Shown here piece after piece: positions 47,749-61,888 of a stretch of 64,000 nt of DNA. A program made the position numbers and the translations under genes. The stretch covers positions 62,001 through 126,000 of the forward strand of contig NIVC01001057.1 of NCBI GenBank assembly GCA_002269645.1, written 5' to 3'. The first letter of the stretch is position 1. Each line of letters begins with the position of its first letter. The DNA comes from Macrostomum lignano. Lineage: Eukaryota. The notes under the pieces are model-generated. The model made no database searches and had not been told where the DNA came from. It was given only the letters and a program-made list of their open reading frames with translations.

Positions 47749-49944
47749 CACACACACACACAGACAGACAGACAGACAGACAGACATACAGACAGACCAG
47801 AACAGGTGCTTAACCCTCTCACCACCGCCTCTCTAGGGCTACTTCTCTATGAACGAGTACATCGTGACGCAGCACCCGCTCGAGGAGACCGTGTTCGACT
47901 TCCTGAAGATGATCTGGGATCACAACTGCTCTGTTGTGGTCAGCGTCTACACCGAAGACTCGCCCGATGAGCCGCCCCTGCCCAGCATCTGGCCCACGCC
48001 CGAGGACGACATGCGCGAGGCCGAGCACCTGCAGCTGTACTTTCGGTGAGACAGACCAACCCATCCCATTTCCATGGAATTATCCCATATCCCTGTTATC
48101 CCATTCTCATAGAATTATCCCATATCCCAATTGTCTCGTTCTCTATAGTATTTTCATTTTGAAATCTCACCACTCTTACCCCTCAAATCCCCGCCCAGCA
48201 ACGAGGAAGAATATCCCTTCGCCACCCGGCGCGAATTCCTCATGGCCACTAAACGCGACGACTACAGCCTGGTGGTGTCGCTGTGGACTCTGAAGCGCTG
48301 GCCGGAGCTGCTGGGCCAGGCCATGGACATGATGAAGCTGGTCGGCGCCGTCTCCGAGCGCAGGGCGCCGCCCGCCGCGCCGCTGATTGTGATGGACACG
48401 TGAGCAGCGATTCACCTACACTGCACTTTTAGCTGTCAGGGCTCGGTCGAATTGGACCTGCGACTGAGCCGAGCCCCCCCTTCCCTAACTGCAGGTACGG
48501 AAGCAGCCACGCTGGCATCTTCTGCGCCCTGTACAGCCTGTACCACCAGCTGCAGCTGGAGCACTCGGTGGACGTGTACTCGCTGTTCAAGCTGTACCAC
48601 CTGCAGCGGCCTGGCATGTTCAACAGCTCGGTGGGTGCCACCAACCCGTCACCCGCTTCAGTGACCACCCCAGACCTCCACAAGGATCCCCCCAGACTCC
48701 ACAAGGATCCCCCAGACTCCACAAGGATCCCCCCAGACTCCACAAGGATCCCCCAGACTCCACAAGGATCCCCCCAGACTCCACAAGGATCCCCACAGAC
48801 TCCACAAGGATCCCCCCAGACTCCACAAGGATCCCCCAGACTCCACAAGGATCCCCCAGACTCCACAAGGATCCCCCAGACTCCACAAGGATCCCCCAGA
48901 CTCCACAAGGATCCCCCAGACGCCACAAGGATCCCCCAGACTCCACAAGGATCCCCCCAGACTCCACAAGGATCCCCCAGACTCCACAAGGATCCCCCAG
49001 ACTCCACAAGGATCCCCCAGACTCCACAAGGATCCCCCAGACTCCACAAGGATCCCCCAGACTCCACAAGGATCCCCCAGACTCCACAAGAATCCCCTCA
49101 GACTCCACAAGGATCCCCCAGACTCCACAAGGATCCCCCCAGACTCCACAAGGATCCCCCCAGACTCCACAAGGATCCCCCCAGACTCCACAAGGATCCC
49201 CCCAGACTCCACAAGGATCCCCCCAGACTCCACAAGGATCCCCCAGACTCCACAAGGATCCCCCCAGACTCCACAAGGATCCCCCAGACTCCACAAGGAT
49301 CCCCCAGACTCCACAAGGATCCCCCAGACTCCACAAGGATCCCTTAGACTCCACAAGGATCCCCCAGACTGTTTCAGGCACTCTCTTACCCTCTCCAACC
49401 CCCATATTCGCTAATCTGTCTCCTGCTCTCCAATCCCCCCCTTGCTAATCTGCAAGCCGCCTCATGCATCCCCTCCGCTCGTTGCCCCCAGGCCGACCTC
49501 CAGTTCATCTACGAGGTGATCACCTTCCACGCCTCAGTCAACTCGCCGAGCAGCAGCCTCCTTCCGCAGCGTCGCGACAACGGCGGCACCGGCGGCACCC
49601 TCGGCAGCCGGGGCGGCGACAGGCGGGAAGCGCAGCAGCTGCCGGCCCAGGAGGCTCTGCACATGTCCGAGCAGTTGAAGCAGCTGCAGCAGGAGGTTGA
49701 GGAGACCTGCGGCCAGGAGAAGCAGCTCGCCGAGTCGACTGTGGCGACCGCCGTCCCCTCTGGTGACGCCGCCATCACCAACGGCTCCGATAGCGGAGCG
49801 GCTGCGGCTTCGATGGTGGCGGCGGGCGAGCCCGTCTCCTTTGGTGACGTCGCCATCGTCAACGGCTCCGATGGTGTTGAGGAGGCGCGCGGAGCTGCCA
49901 ACGCGAACGGCGCCGTCTCGCTGACGCTTCCGAAGGATGCATGA
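24552..49944 (+). CDS. Ptp99A: Receptor protein tyrosine phosphatase, Ptp99A/R5 (PTPRG/PTPRZ1)-type catalytic region; signal peptide-Ig-FN3 repeats-TM-D1-D2; about 1418 aa
   Basis: Exons 24552-24572 (inferred), 37659-38037, 38993-39558, 40453-40567, 41037-41665, 42427-42784, 43324-43572, 43666-43742, 44502-44636, 44836-45116, 45718-46000, 47105-47192, 47282-47358, 47837-48045, 48199-48399, 48495-48630, 49492-49944; total 4257 nt, all phases compatible. D1: [62 protein letters not shown]2 lacks the catalytic Cys ([17 protein letters not shown]), as in R5/Ptp99A. TM: [24 protein letters not shown]. Confidence 0.88.
24743..27663. mobile_element. Non-autonomous DNA transposon, ~2.9 kb, CCCAG termini, 2-bp TSD (CT); CMC/EnSpm-like
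   Basis: Left CT|CCCAGTGAAAAAAATGATATGGATTCCATGTGG; right end reverse-complement CCCAGTGAAAAATGATTCATGGATTCCACGTGG, followed by CT; subterminal TCCA(C/T)ATGG-type motifs in both orientations at both ends; no ORF. Superfamily assignment is inference. Confidence 0.75.
26135..26215 (+). mobile_element. Decayed tRNA-derived (SINE-head-like) remnant
   Basis: A-box-like GCCAAGCGGTA and B-box-like GGCTTGATTCT at tRNA spacing; no intact cloverleaf. Confidence 0.35.
29768..29835 (+). mobile_element. Decayed tRNA-derived (SINE-head-like) remnant
   Basis: TAGCCTAG A-box-like and GGTTTGAATCT B-box-like (GGTTCGAATCC with C>T changes). Confidence 0.35.
29900..30350. repeat. 23-bp minisatellite CCACCATGTCAAACATAAAAGAG (diverged)
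   Basis: Seen directly. Confidence 0.88.
30440..30750. repeat. 19-bp minisatellite GGGATGCTTGCTATCTGGG (diverged)
   Basis: Seen directly. Confidence 0.85.
31348..32345. mobile_element. Probable ~1-kb MITE with imperfect TIRs (GGGGTAATTCCA...TGGAATAACCC) flanked by AGCT; Sola2-like
   Basis: AGCT at 31344-31347 and 32346-32349; internal motif GATG(A/G)CGGTCGTT or GATGGTCGTT repeated near 31363, 31529 and 31915. Confidence 0.45.
37008..37628. repeat. 29/31-bp minisatellite TCTACCCACCAATGACTAGATAGTCACCCAG at the 3' end of RPTP intron 1
   Basis: Seen directly; ends about 30 nt before the acceptor at 37658. Confidence 0.93.
38016..38648 (+). repeat. 53-bp minisatellite made of the RPTP Ig-exon end plus donor (GTGACCAATGTGCTAGTGCGCG|GTGAGCAGCGGGAACTGGGTTTTCATGTCAC) x12
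   Basis: GTGAG donors at 38038, 38091, 38144, 38197, 38250, 38303, 38356, 38410, 38463, 38516, 38569, 38622. Confidence 0.95.
39699..39995. mobile_element. 297-bp hAT-like MITE, perfect 14-bp TIR CATACATGCGCAAC, 8-bp TSD TCCCCTAA
   Basis: TIRs at 39699-39712 and 39982-39995; TSD at 39691-39698 and 39996-40003; subterminal TGCGAC and TCGGTCGGCCG motifs repeated. Confidence 0.9.
39826..39889 (+). pseudogene. Fragment of 28S (LSU) rRNA, helix 69-71 region, inside the MITE
   Basis: GGGTAAACGGCAGGAGTAACTATGACTCTCTTA matches the conserved eukaryotic GGGTAAACGGCGGGAGTAACTATGACTCTCTTA at 32/33 (reference recalled from memory), continuing AGCCAAAATGCTTCGTCAGCTACTTAGT versus AGCCAAATGCCTCGTCATCTAATTAGT. 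Confidence 0.85.
40575..41025. repeat. RPTP intron 4: 10-bp CAGCCTTTCT array (40575-40672) and 33-bp GATGTGCCGCTCACTCCATTGATAATTCCCTTT array (40753-41025)
   Basis: Seen directly; the last 33-mer runs into the acceptor GATGCGCCGCCCCGCAG. Confidence 0.9.
41680..42250. repeat. 24-bp minisatellite CCCCAGCATCCTCTATACTGCATC (RPTP intron 5)
   Basis: Period 24. Confidence 0.93.
42880..43165. repeat. 28-bp minisatellite TTAGGGTCATGTCGGGTCATTAGACACT (RPTP intron 6)
   Basis: Period 28. Confidence 0.9.
43780..44465. repeat. 18/27-bp minisatellite GATCCCAGAATCCTAATAGCCATTCCA (RPTP intron 8)
   Basis: Seen directly. Confidence 0.9.
45140..45680. repeat. 25/28-bp minisatellite GCAGCAGCTCTATTGATAGATTGAT (RPTP intron 10)
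   Basis: Seen directly. Confidence 0.93.
46090..46990. repeat. 22-bp minisatellite CTCCCTAATCCCCTGTCTGATG (RPTP intron 11), about 40 copies
   Basis: Seen directly. Confidence 0.95.
47390..47800. repeat. (GACA)n microsatellite (RPTP intron 13)
   Basis: Seen directly. Confidence 0.95.
48668..49368. repeat. 20/21-bp minisatellite CCCCAGACTCCACAAGGATC (RPTP intron 16)
   Basis: Seen directly. Confidence 0.95.
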
Positions 49945-51591
49945 CGGGTCGGGGGCTGTCGGATTTAAATTTCTATGCGACTGAAGTTGCGTGCAATGCG
50001 GTAATCCGGGGGCACTTCTGGCGTTACCGATCCTCAAAGATACTTTTCCATCTCCCAATTATCGCAACGCGTTATCCTTTGCATCGTTATCTCATCTCCC
50101 TGTAATCCCATCTCCCAATTATCCCATATCCTAGCTATCCCATATCCCAGGTATCCCATCCCGAGCCAGCTAACCTCATCAGCTCTCAACCATCCAACCT
50201 GTCACTGTTGATAATCATTGATCGAGACGCCCCCCAGACCATTTGCTTTTTATAGCTAATCTGCAGCGTGCAGTCAAAATTTGTCTTTTAAATCGTGAAA
50301 ATTGGCTTCGCTGTGGCCGCCTGCTAATTTAGGAGAATGTTATATCGCAACTCAGCAGTTCATCTCTTCTGACCTCCCATCCCGACCGAATTCTGTTTAA
50401 TTTGCGCTCATCTTTACAATTTTAAGTATTTTTTATCTGTTAGTAACAATCGTGCACAACTACTTACTTGCGTAGAGCTTATCAGTAGCCAATAACGCAT
50501 ATGCGCACCAATGCCTTTTTTCTGTATCGCTTTCCGCGCTCTTTTTGGCAGTGTTTTGTGCGACAGATTCTACCCGTCATGCCCAATTTATTTTCTCTGA
50601 TCAGCCGCAGCCCTAGTCAGCCTGCGGGACCAACCCATTGTTGCAAAGTAGTTCCCCTGTTCCAGCACCTGCCCCAGCTTCCTCCGCTAGCAAAATGAAA
50701 ACTGCCTCAAATTCTCAGCGTTTCAAGCTGCTCACAGCCTGATGCTTTTGTATTAAACATCTGCTGCTTTTACTGTCCGTGCTTATTAGCTACCTGCGGC
50801 TTGCACTCGTGTTTTCTGTGGTTACTGTACATGTAAATTTATTGCATCATTTTTATCCGATTTTCTACTGTGAATTCACTTTTAATCGCCGATTCAGTTC
50901 GATTTTTTTAGCTTAGCGCTGTTTGTTTGGCACAGTTTGGTTGGCCAGGCGACCAGAGATGACTTGCATTTTTTATATGCCCCATCTTGAATATGACTAT
51001 TAAATACATCACTTACTTAACTCAAATTGGTGGTTAAAACGCTTTGCTGAAGTCTGCCGGTACAAGACAGTCTGCTTTTTAAAAGAACGCAGATAAAACC
51101 ATCGATACAGCTAATGTGGGTTCGAGTTCGGCTTTTTTCAGAGCTTTCTCACGGCTCCAAATGTCGAACAAATAAAAGCTTATGCGAAAATTGAAGCATC
51201 ACCTTAAATTTTTTTGTTTTGTTTTTATCCAGCAACTACAGGCTATGCAAAGTTCAGCTTTAAAACTAAGGATGCACTTATATTCTAAAGTCACCTTTGC
51301 AAAAACTAATCACCGTAAGCCGTAAGCTTTCTGTCATACGAGATCTTAACTGGCGACATGCAGAATTCTGGTTCAAGGCGGCGGCACTCCTAATAATCTG
51401 AGAACCTGTTCAGAATTTATACATGTGACTCGTTAGAGATCCCATCTCGAATCTCCTCAATTGTTTATGCAACGAAATCTTCCATGCGTATTTTTGGTCA
51501 ATAACTCCAAAAGAAAGACTTCTTAATGATGCAAAAGACTATAGAGCGTAAATAAGTAAAATATATTGTCTATTGTATATTATATATTTTA

Positions 51592-52513
51592 CAAGCTGTT
51601 GAAACCCGCGGATTTTGAACCCGGGGAATTCCAATCCCTGGAACTACTTTTGCATGTATTCTGAAATCTAAGGCAATACACAAACAAAAACTTGTTAATA
51701 GTTAGTAAGATAGAGGTGGACATAAAATGGAGCACATTCGTGTAAAATTAGGGTTTGAGGCAAACATTGATATTGTTGGCTGGGGGTACTCCGCAGAATG
51801 TCAGGCAATGTCTGTCTGACTCTAAAACATGTATTGGCAAACTCTGGCCTCTCCCTGACTCTCCCTATGTCCCTTGGATCCTTTAAAATTTCTATCGTCT
51901 CTTCTGTTTCCTTTCTTCTCTCTCATCCCTCGTCTCTACTCTTTCCTCTCTCTTCTCTCCTCTCTTCTCTCGTATCTTCCCTCATCTCTTCCCTATTCTT
52001 TTCTCTCTCCTCTCCTCTCTCCTTTCTACTTTTCGTTTTCTCTCTGCTCTCCTCTCTCCTCTCAACTCTTTCGTTTTCTCTCTCCTCTCCTCTCCTCTCT
52101 CCTCTCTCCCATCTTCTTTCGTATCCTCCCTCATCTTTCTTCTCTTTCATATCTCTTATCTTATCTCTTCCCTCTTCTTTTCTCTCTCCTCTCCTCTCTC
52201 CTCTCTCCCCCTCTTCTCTCGTCTCTTCCTTCTCCTCTCTATTCTTTTTTCTCATCTCTTAACTCTCTCCTTTACTCTCTCATCTCTCCTCTCTCCTCTT
52301 TCCTCTCTCTCTCATCTCTCCCCTCTTCTCTCGTCTCTTCCCTCACCTCTTTCCTCTCTCTCTTTCCTTTTATCTCTTTTCTTGTTTTATCTCTTCTCTC
52401 TCCCCTCGTCGCTCGTCTTTTCCCTCACCTCTCTTCTCTCTCGTCTGCTCTTTCATCTCTCCTTTCTCTTCTTTTATCTTTTCTCTCTTATCTCTTCTCG
52501 TTTCTCTCTGCTC

Positions 52514-52554
<41 letters not shown>

Positions 52555-54554
52555 CCTCTCTCTCTCTCTCTTATCTCTCCTCTCCCGTCTCTCGTCTGTT
52601 CACCCTCATCTCTTCTCTCTCATCTGTCATCTTTACTCTCTTATACGTTCTCTCACTTATCTCCTCTGTACTCTTCTCTTTCACCTCTTCTGACTCCTCT
52701 CTTTCCTTTCTCCTTTCTCCTCTCCTCTTCTCTTCTCTTCCCTCTTCTATACTGTCTCCCTCTCTTGTCTGCTCTCGTCTCTCTGCACTCTCCTCTCACC
52801 TTTTTCATCTCTCATCTTTACTCTCTCATCTCTCCTTTAATCTGTCTCATCTCTACAATCTCATCTCTCCTTTCTCCCCTCTTCTTACACCCCTCTCTTA
52901 TCTCTATCTCTTCTCTTCTCACTCCTCTCTCCCCCTCTTATCTCATTTCTTCTCTATCCTTTCTACTCTCTCCTCTCTAATCTCTCCTCTCCTCTTGACC
53001 CTCTGTCATCTTCTTTCTGCTCTCTCATATCTTCTCTCTTCTCACTCTTCTCTATTCTCCTCTCATCGATCCTCTGTCTCATCTCTACCCTCTTCTCACA
53101 TTTACTCATCTCTACTCTCTTCTCACTCTTCTCTATTCTCCTCTCATCGATCCTCTGTCTCATCTCTCCTCTCTTCTCACATTTACTCTTTCCTCTCCCT
53201 CCTTTCTCCCCTCCTCTCGCTTCTTCCTCCCTTCTTCTCTGCTCTCTCCTCACCACTTGTCTCCCCTCTTATCTTCCATGTTTTCTTTATCCCCCTCTCG
53301 CCTCTCCTCTCTTCTAAATAGTCTATTCCTTCTCCTTTCCACTCTCATCTGGCCCGCACATAAGCTGGATTCTTTTTCTGGCTTTTGAAGTAAAAGTCTG
53401 CCGATCCCTGCTTCGAAAGCCAGTTTGTGGGACGTACTACTCTCATCGTTGTTCTCATGCTTTGATCACGTCATCTTTCTTGCCAATTTGCAGCCCTGAA
53501 AGGAATTTTGTATTTTCAGCTCCACTGCAGTCTGCATCAGTCTAACAACCAAGGAAATACGCATTTCTTAGGAGGCCATTTAAAATTTACACACTACCTT
53601 TAAAAGAAACCTAAAATTTCCATGGGTGTGCCTAATTTAGTAGGGTTGTATTGCATTGCATCGCATCGCCTTTTCATAAATCTTTCGCTTTTACAAACCG
53701 CTTTTCGCTTTCGCTTTTTTGCTGGATTCCCTCGATCTGCCAATTGCCATCCACTGTTAAACTGCTGCAGAGTTTGCCAATACAGAGGAGGGGAGGGCAG
53801 TGATTAGAATTTCTCACTAATTAAACTGTTATGGCTAAACCTAGCCTCTCCACTCTCGGGGTGCGAGAAGGCTATAAAAAAGTTATTCCAAAACACTGTA
53901 CATTTGCTATGTACATTCAGTCCTATCGCCTGATCCTTCGTCTGGCTCTGGGGGAATGAGTGAGTGAGTGGCACAAACAACAGAAAAAGCAGACAAACTT
54001 CACACGCTTACAGTTTCTTTTCTGAAAGAGTTAGAGAGTTGTAACTCTACATTTAGACAGAGAATGAGTCAATGAAGAATTGTGTGAAGCTTAAAGTCAA
54101 TCGCTTCACGTGGAGCAAACTTATGGCAGCTGAAAGTTAGTCAATTTTGAAACCCATTTTACACATCTGGGCCCAGATCGGGATCGGGAAAGAGAGGCAG
54201 GCGGGCGGAGGTTGGGGTGGTTGCTACGCTGAAAAAAACAGCCTAACTTTAAAAGTGCACAGCACCGCTCAGGATTAACTTTGAGACTCAAAATTTTACA
54301 TGATTGTGCCAAAATAGTTAAAGATTATCTGTGTCAAATTTGAAGAGAATCGGTAGAAGTGGAGCGGCGCTATGGAGGATTAAGTGAAAAAATCGCGCAT
54401 TTTGAGCAGTTTTTTGTACTTTTAGGTAGGAAGACTTGAGTCTAGGAAATTTAAAGGTAGCCTAAGACATTCTCCGTAGTAAGTTTAGGGTGGGTGTAAA
54501 GTTTGGTGTCATTTGGTTGAGCGGTTTGGGAGTCCATAGCGAAGTAATTTGTCC

Positions 54555-54587
<33 letters not shown>

Positions 54588-54610
54588 GTTTTGATTTTTA
54601 TAGGTAGAGA
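51592..54610 (-). mobile_element. Non-autonomous Helitron, copy 1 (5' TC at 54610, 3' CTTG at 51592), with an internal CT-rich tract
   Basis: The - strand starts TCTCTACCTATAAAAATCAAAACTCTGTCTGTCTG and ends CCCGGGTTCAAAATCCGCGGGTTTCAACAGCTTG|T (GC-rich subterminal hairpin); no TSD; CT-rich tract at about 51850-53340. Confidence 0.8.
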
Positions 54611-57466
54611 CAAGCTGTTGAAACCCGCGGATTTTGAACCCGGGGAATTTCAATCCCTGGAACTATTTTTGCATGTACTCGTATTCTAAAATCTGAGGTC
54701 AAACTCAAACAAAAACTCGTTAATAGTTAGGTTAGAATTAAACATAAATTAGAGTACATTCGTGAAAAATTAGGATTTGAGGCAAACATTTATATTGTTG
54801 GCTGGGGTGCTGCGAACAGGCAAACTCTGGCCTCTGCCTCTCCTTATGTCCCTTGGATCCTTAGAAACTTCGACCTTCTCTTCTGTTTCCTCTCCTCTCT
54901 CTCGTCTCTGTCTCTTCTCTCTCTCTCTCCTCTATCCCCTATTCTCTCGTCTATTCTCTCTCCCTTCTATTCTTTTATCCCTCCTCTCCTCCCTCCTCTC
55001 TACTCTCTCCTCTATCTCCTCTCATCTCTTCTCTTCTTTCCTCTCTCCTCTCTCCTCTCTTCTATCGTCTCTTCCCTCACCTCTCTTCTCTCTCGTCTTT
55101 GCTCTCTTATCTATCTCTTCTTTCTCTTCTTTTATCTTTTCTCTCTTCTCTTTTCTCATTCTTTCTGCATGTTCTCTCCTCTCTCTCTTTCCCTCTCTCT
55201 CTCCTCTCTCTCCCTCTCTCTCCTCTTATCTCTCTGCTCTCTCCTGTCCCATATCTCTTTCTCCTCTAATCTCTCCCCTGTTTCATCTCCTCTCTCGTCC
55301 TTTCTCCTCTTTCCCCTGTTATCTCGGTTCTCTCCCCTCCCCTCCTCTCTCCTCACTCACTTCTCTCTCCCTTTGTCTCACCTCTCATCTCTTATTTCTA
55401 TCCTTTTTTCTCTTCACTCTCCCATCTCTCGTCTGTTCACTCTCGTCTCTGGTCTCTCATCTCTTCTCTCTCATCTGCCATCTTTACTCTCTTATACTCG
55501 TATGTTCTCTCACCTCTCTCATCTGTACTCTTCTCTTTCCCCTCTTTTGACTCCTCTCTTTCCTTTCTCCTTTTTCCCTTCTCTATTCTTCCCTCTTCTA
55601 TTCTCTCCCTCTCTTGTCTTCTCTCTTCTCTCTTCACTCTCCTCTCTCCTCTCATATATCGCGTTCACTCTCATCTTTGCTCTCTACCCCCTCTCTCTTG
55701 TAATCTTTACTCTCCACTCTCCTGTGTACTATTCTCTTTCCCCTCTACTGAATCCTCTCTTCTTACTCCTCTTCTCTTCCCTCTTCTATACTCTTCTCTT
55801 GTCTCTTTGCACTCTGCTCTCTCTTCCTTCATCTCTCATCTCTACTCTCTCGTCTCCACAATCTCATCTCTTTCCTCTCTCCTCTTCTTCCCTTTACTCT
55901 ATCATCTCTCCTTTCTCCTCTCTTCTCACTCCTCTCTCCCTCTCTCTCCCCTCCTATCTCCTCTCTGTTCTCTATTCTCTATTCTCTTCTCACTCTTCTC
56001 TACTCTCCTCTCTCATCGATCCTCTGTCTCATCTCTCCCCTCTTCTCTCTTCCTCTTCTCACCTCTACTCTTTCCTCTCCCTCCTGTCTCCCCTCCTCTC
56101 GCTTCCTCCTCTCATATTCTCTGCTCTCTCCTCGTCCTCACCCCACCTGTCTTTCCTGTTATCTTATATCTTTTCTCTTACCCCCTCTCGCCCTTCCTCT
56201 CTTTCTAATAGTCTATTCCTTTTCTTTTTCACTCTCATCTGGCCCGCAGCCATGAGTTGAATTCTTTATCTGGCCTTTGAGTTAAAAATCTACCGATCCC
56301 TGCTTCGAAAGCCAGTTTGTGGGACGTAGCACGTAGTACTATCATGGTTATCATTTCTCATGCTTTAATCACGTCACCTTTCTGGCCAATTAGCAGCCCT
56401 GAGAGGAATTTGTGTATCTCCAGCTCCACCACCACAGTCTGCACTCTGCAGCAGTCTAACAACCAAGGAAATGCGCATTTCTTAGGAGTCATTTAAATTT
56501 TAAAGTTACCCTATGCGAAACTTATGTTAAAAGCTTCATGGTGTAACTAATTTAGTAGGATTGCATTGTAATAAGTTATTCATTAATTTTTCGCTATTTT
56601 TACAAACCATCCCGCATCGCCTTGATTTGCCTGTTTGCCATCCACTGTTAAACTGCTGCAGACTTGTCTATACAGAGGACAGTGGATTGAATCTCTCGCT
56701 GAAACTGTCTCTCCTCTCCACGCCTCTCCACTCGCGGGGTGCAGAGAAGGCTATTAAAAGTTATTCCAAAACACTGTACGTTGCCATGTACATTCAGCCC
56801 TATCGCCTGACCCTTCGTCTGGGCTGGGGGAATGAGTGAGTGAGTGGCACAAACAACAGAAAAAGCAGACAAACTTCACATGCTTACAGTTTCTGTTCTG
56901 ATTGAGTTAGAGAGTTGAAACTTTACATTTAGACAGAGAGTGAATCAAAGAAGAATTGTGTTAAGTTAGAAGTCAATCGCTTTACGTGGAGCAAACTTAT
57001 GGCAACCGAAAGTTAGGCATTTTAAAACCTGATTCACACCCTTTGCCCAGATCGGGAAAGAGAGGCAGGCGGGCGGAGGTTGGGGTGGCTGCCTCGCTGA
57101 AAAAAACAGCCTAACTTTAAAAGTGCACAGCGGCTTTCAGGCTTAACTTTGAGATTCGAAATTTTACACGATTGTGTCAAAATAGTTGAAAATTGCCTGT
57201 GTCAAATTTGAAGAGAATCGGTAGAAGTGGAGCGGCGCTATGGAGGATTTAGTGAAAAAATCGCGCATTTTGAGCAGTTTTTTGTACTTTTAGGTAGGAA
57301 GACTTGAGTCTAGGAAATTAAAAGGTAGCCTAAGACATTCTCCGTAGTGAGTTTAGGGTGGGTGTAAAGTTTGGTGTAATTTGGTTGAGTGGTTTGGGAG
57401 TCCATAGCGATCAAAATTGTCCACACACAGACACACACACAGAGTTTTGATTTTTATATGTAGAGA
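54611..57466 (-). mobile_element. Non-autonomous Helitron, copy 2 (A|TC at 57467/57466, 3' CTTG at 54611)
   Basis: Homologous end to end with copy 1 but diverged; the pair sits between host A and T. Confidence 0.8.
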
Positions 57467-57467
57467 T

Positions 57468-57598
57468 AATAGAGAAATGAAGGCCAACACCAACATAAGT
57501 TTATTATTATAGCCAACGCGTTTCGACACAAGCGGTCATCTTCAGTGGCTATAATAATAATTTACTTATATGTTGGTGTTGGCCTTCATTTCTCTATT
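57468..57598 (-). ncRNA. ~130-bp foldback enclosing a Penelope-type minimal hammerhead-ribozyme motif
   Basis: Arms AATAGAGAAATGAAGGCCAACACCAACAT...TTATTATTATAGCCA and their reverse complement; - strand core CTGAAGA-T-GAC(CGCTTGT)GTC-GAAA-CGCG-T at 57545-57516. Confidence 0.6.
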
Positions 57599-58803
57599 TT
57601 CAATCAGATATTTTATAGTTTAGAGCATGGGGGCGAGTCAATAACACAATACCCCACTGGCTTAACGAGCTGGCGGGCTGGTTGCACCCACCCCCCAGCT
57701 AGGCGAGCCAGGGGGTTTGAGTACCAATGCACCAGAGATCACGCTGCGTGCAGGTCTGGCCGCCACAATATTTTATATTATTGCCCACCACATGTATCTT
57801 AGCCATAATGTGCTAAACTGGTTTTTGACGGCATAGCGTGTGGTTGCTGGCGGTTACGGTGTATCGTTTTGAACAAGAAAAAAGGCACCAATTCAATTTA
57901 GACAAATTCTTTCGATTTATATAAACATGTTTCACGGGACGTTTTTCAATTTAAATTTGACAGGCTCTCTGCCTCTCTGGATTACATTCTTATAAAGTTA
58001 TAAACTTGTGTTTATCCTTATATAGAACGAACTAAAGCTGCAAATTCTAATCAATGCGAAGATGCTTGTTATTAATTTTATTGCAGAAACAATGCTAAAA
58101 CCAAATTTAATGTTTTTCTTAAATTGTACCTGCCAACAATCAGTACAACTTATGTAGAACCATTTAATAGTTTTATTTTGAAACGCGTGAATTAGTCTAT
58201 GTAATTTTGTATCAACATAAATTCGGTAAAAGCTTTATACTTTTATATAGACAAATTTATACATGATATTTCTGGAAATTCTGCCATCATGTATATGTAT
58301 AGATATCTGAAATGATTTTCTTCACGAACATTTCTCTCTTATGCAGAAAATTTTTAAAGTCATGGATAATATGTTAAAGTTTAAACCTACAGTTTATTTA
58401 CATTTAAAATTTATTGTTATTTCCAACAGTTTAATGCTAAGGACTACAGTGGTCCTTGTTTAATGCATGGATAAATAATATTTTCCATAAAGAGCAAGCA
58501 AAAAATGAATTAGGGGTCGATTTTGATATAAAAGAAATAAATTACCATTTACTTAAGCTTTGCCATTTTCTAACTGTAAAATTTATACAGTATAAATTTA
58601 AAATTTAATAAAATTTATTCATTTTGCTATAAAGTGGAAGTACATAATATTTATATAGGAATATCATTTTGACCAAATTTCTATTATTGTATTTTGAAAT
58701 TTATTTCGTTTTACATATTTTTGTTTGTTTCCTTTTAAACTGTAATAATAGTATTTGAGCTGATATAAAAATATTTTCAACTTTGAAAATCAGGCATGCT
58801 TGA

Positions 58804-61153
<2,350 letters not shown>

Positions 61154-61744
61154 TCGTTTAAGTCTTTTCTTTTCACCGCGTTAGCATTGCATTGGTTCTG
61201 TCACTATAAAGGAAACATTTGCACGCTAATTATTCTGGGACGTCATATACGCGTATCGCTACTGCCATCGTTTGTACTAGTAGTGTGGTTGGGTGGATTC
61301 TCTTGCTTTTATCACTTTACTAAAATATTCCTCGATGATTGGCTTCTGATATAACTGCTTGCTGTAGCGTTGCTTGCATTTTCCATGACCGAGTCTTCAA
61401 CTATTTTAAAACGCCGCCACTTCTTTAAGATGGAAACGGAGGAATGATTACAAATTAGATATAGAAATGGAAATATAGGCATACATTAAATTTAAATTCT
61501 GGTATAAAAAATAAATGAGTATCACACGAGAGTAAAATATCGAAAATAGAAAACAGATTTCTATAGAAAATAGAATAAAATATATTATAAAATAAAGAAC
61601 ACAATAACGATCGAATAACGACTAATTTGGCGCCAATTTAAATTTCATGATATTAACCGTCGATTGAAATCAATTAGATATGTTGGTTGAAGCGTTTTTG
61701 GTTAAGCAGGGTTGGTTTTGGTTAGTAGATCTACACTGAAGTGA

Positions 61745-61888
<144 letters not shown>

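Noticed and set aside
51874-56260. Leu/Ser-rich ORFs of 250-370 aa resembling membrane proteins
   Set aside because: Translations of CT-rich low-complexity tracts inside the Helitron copies.
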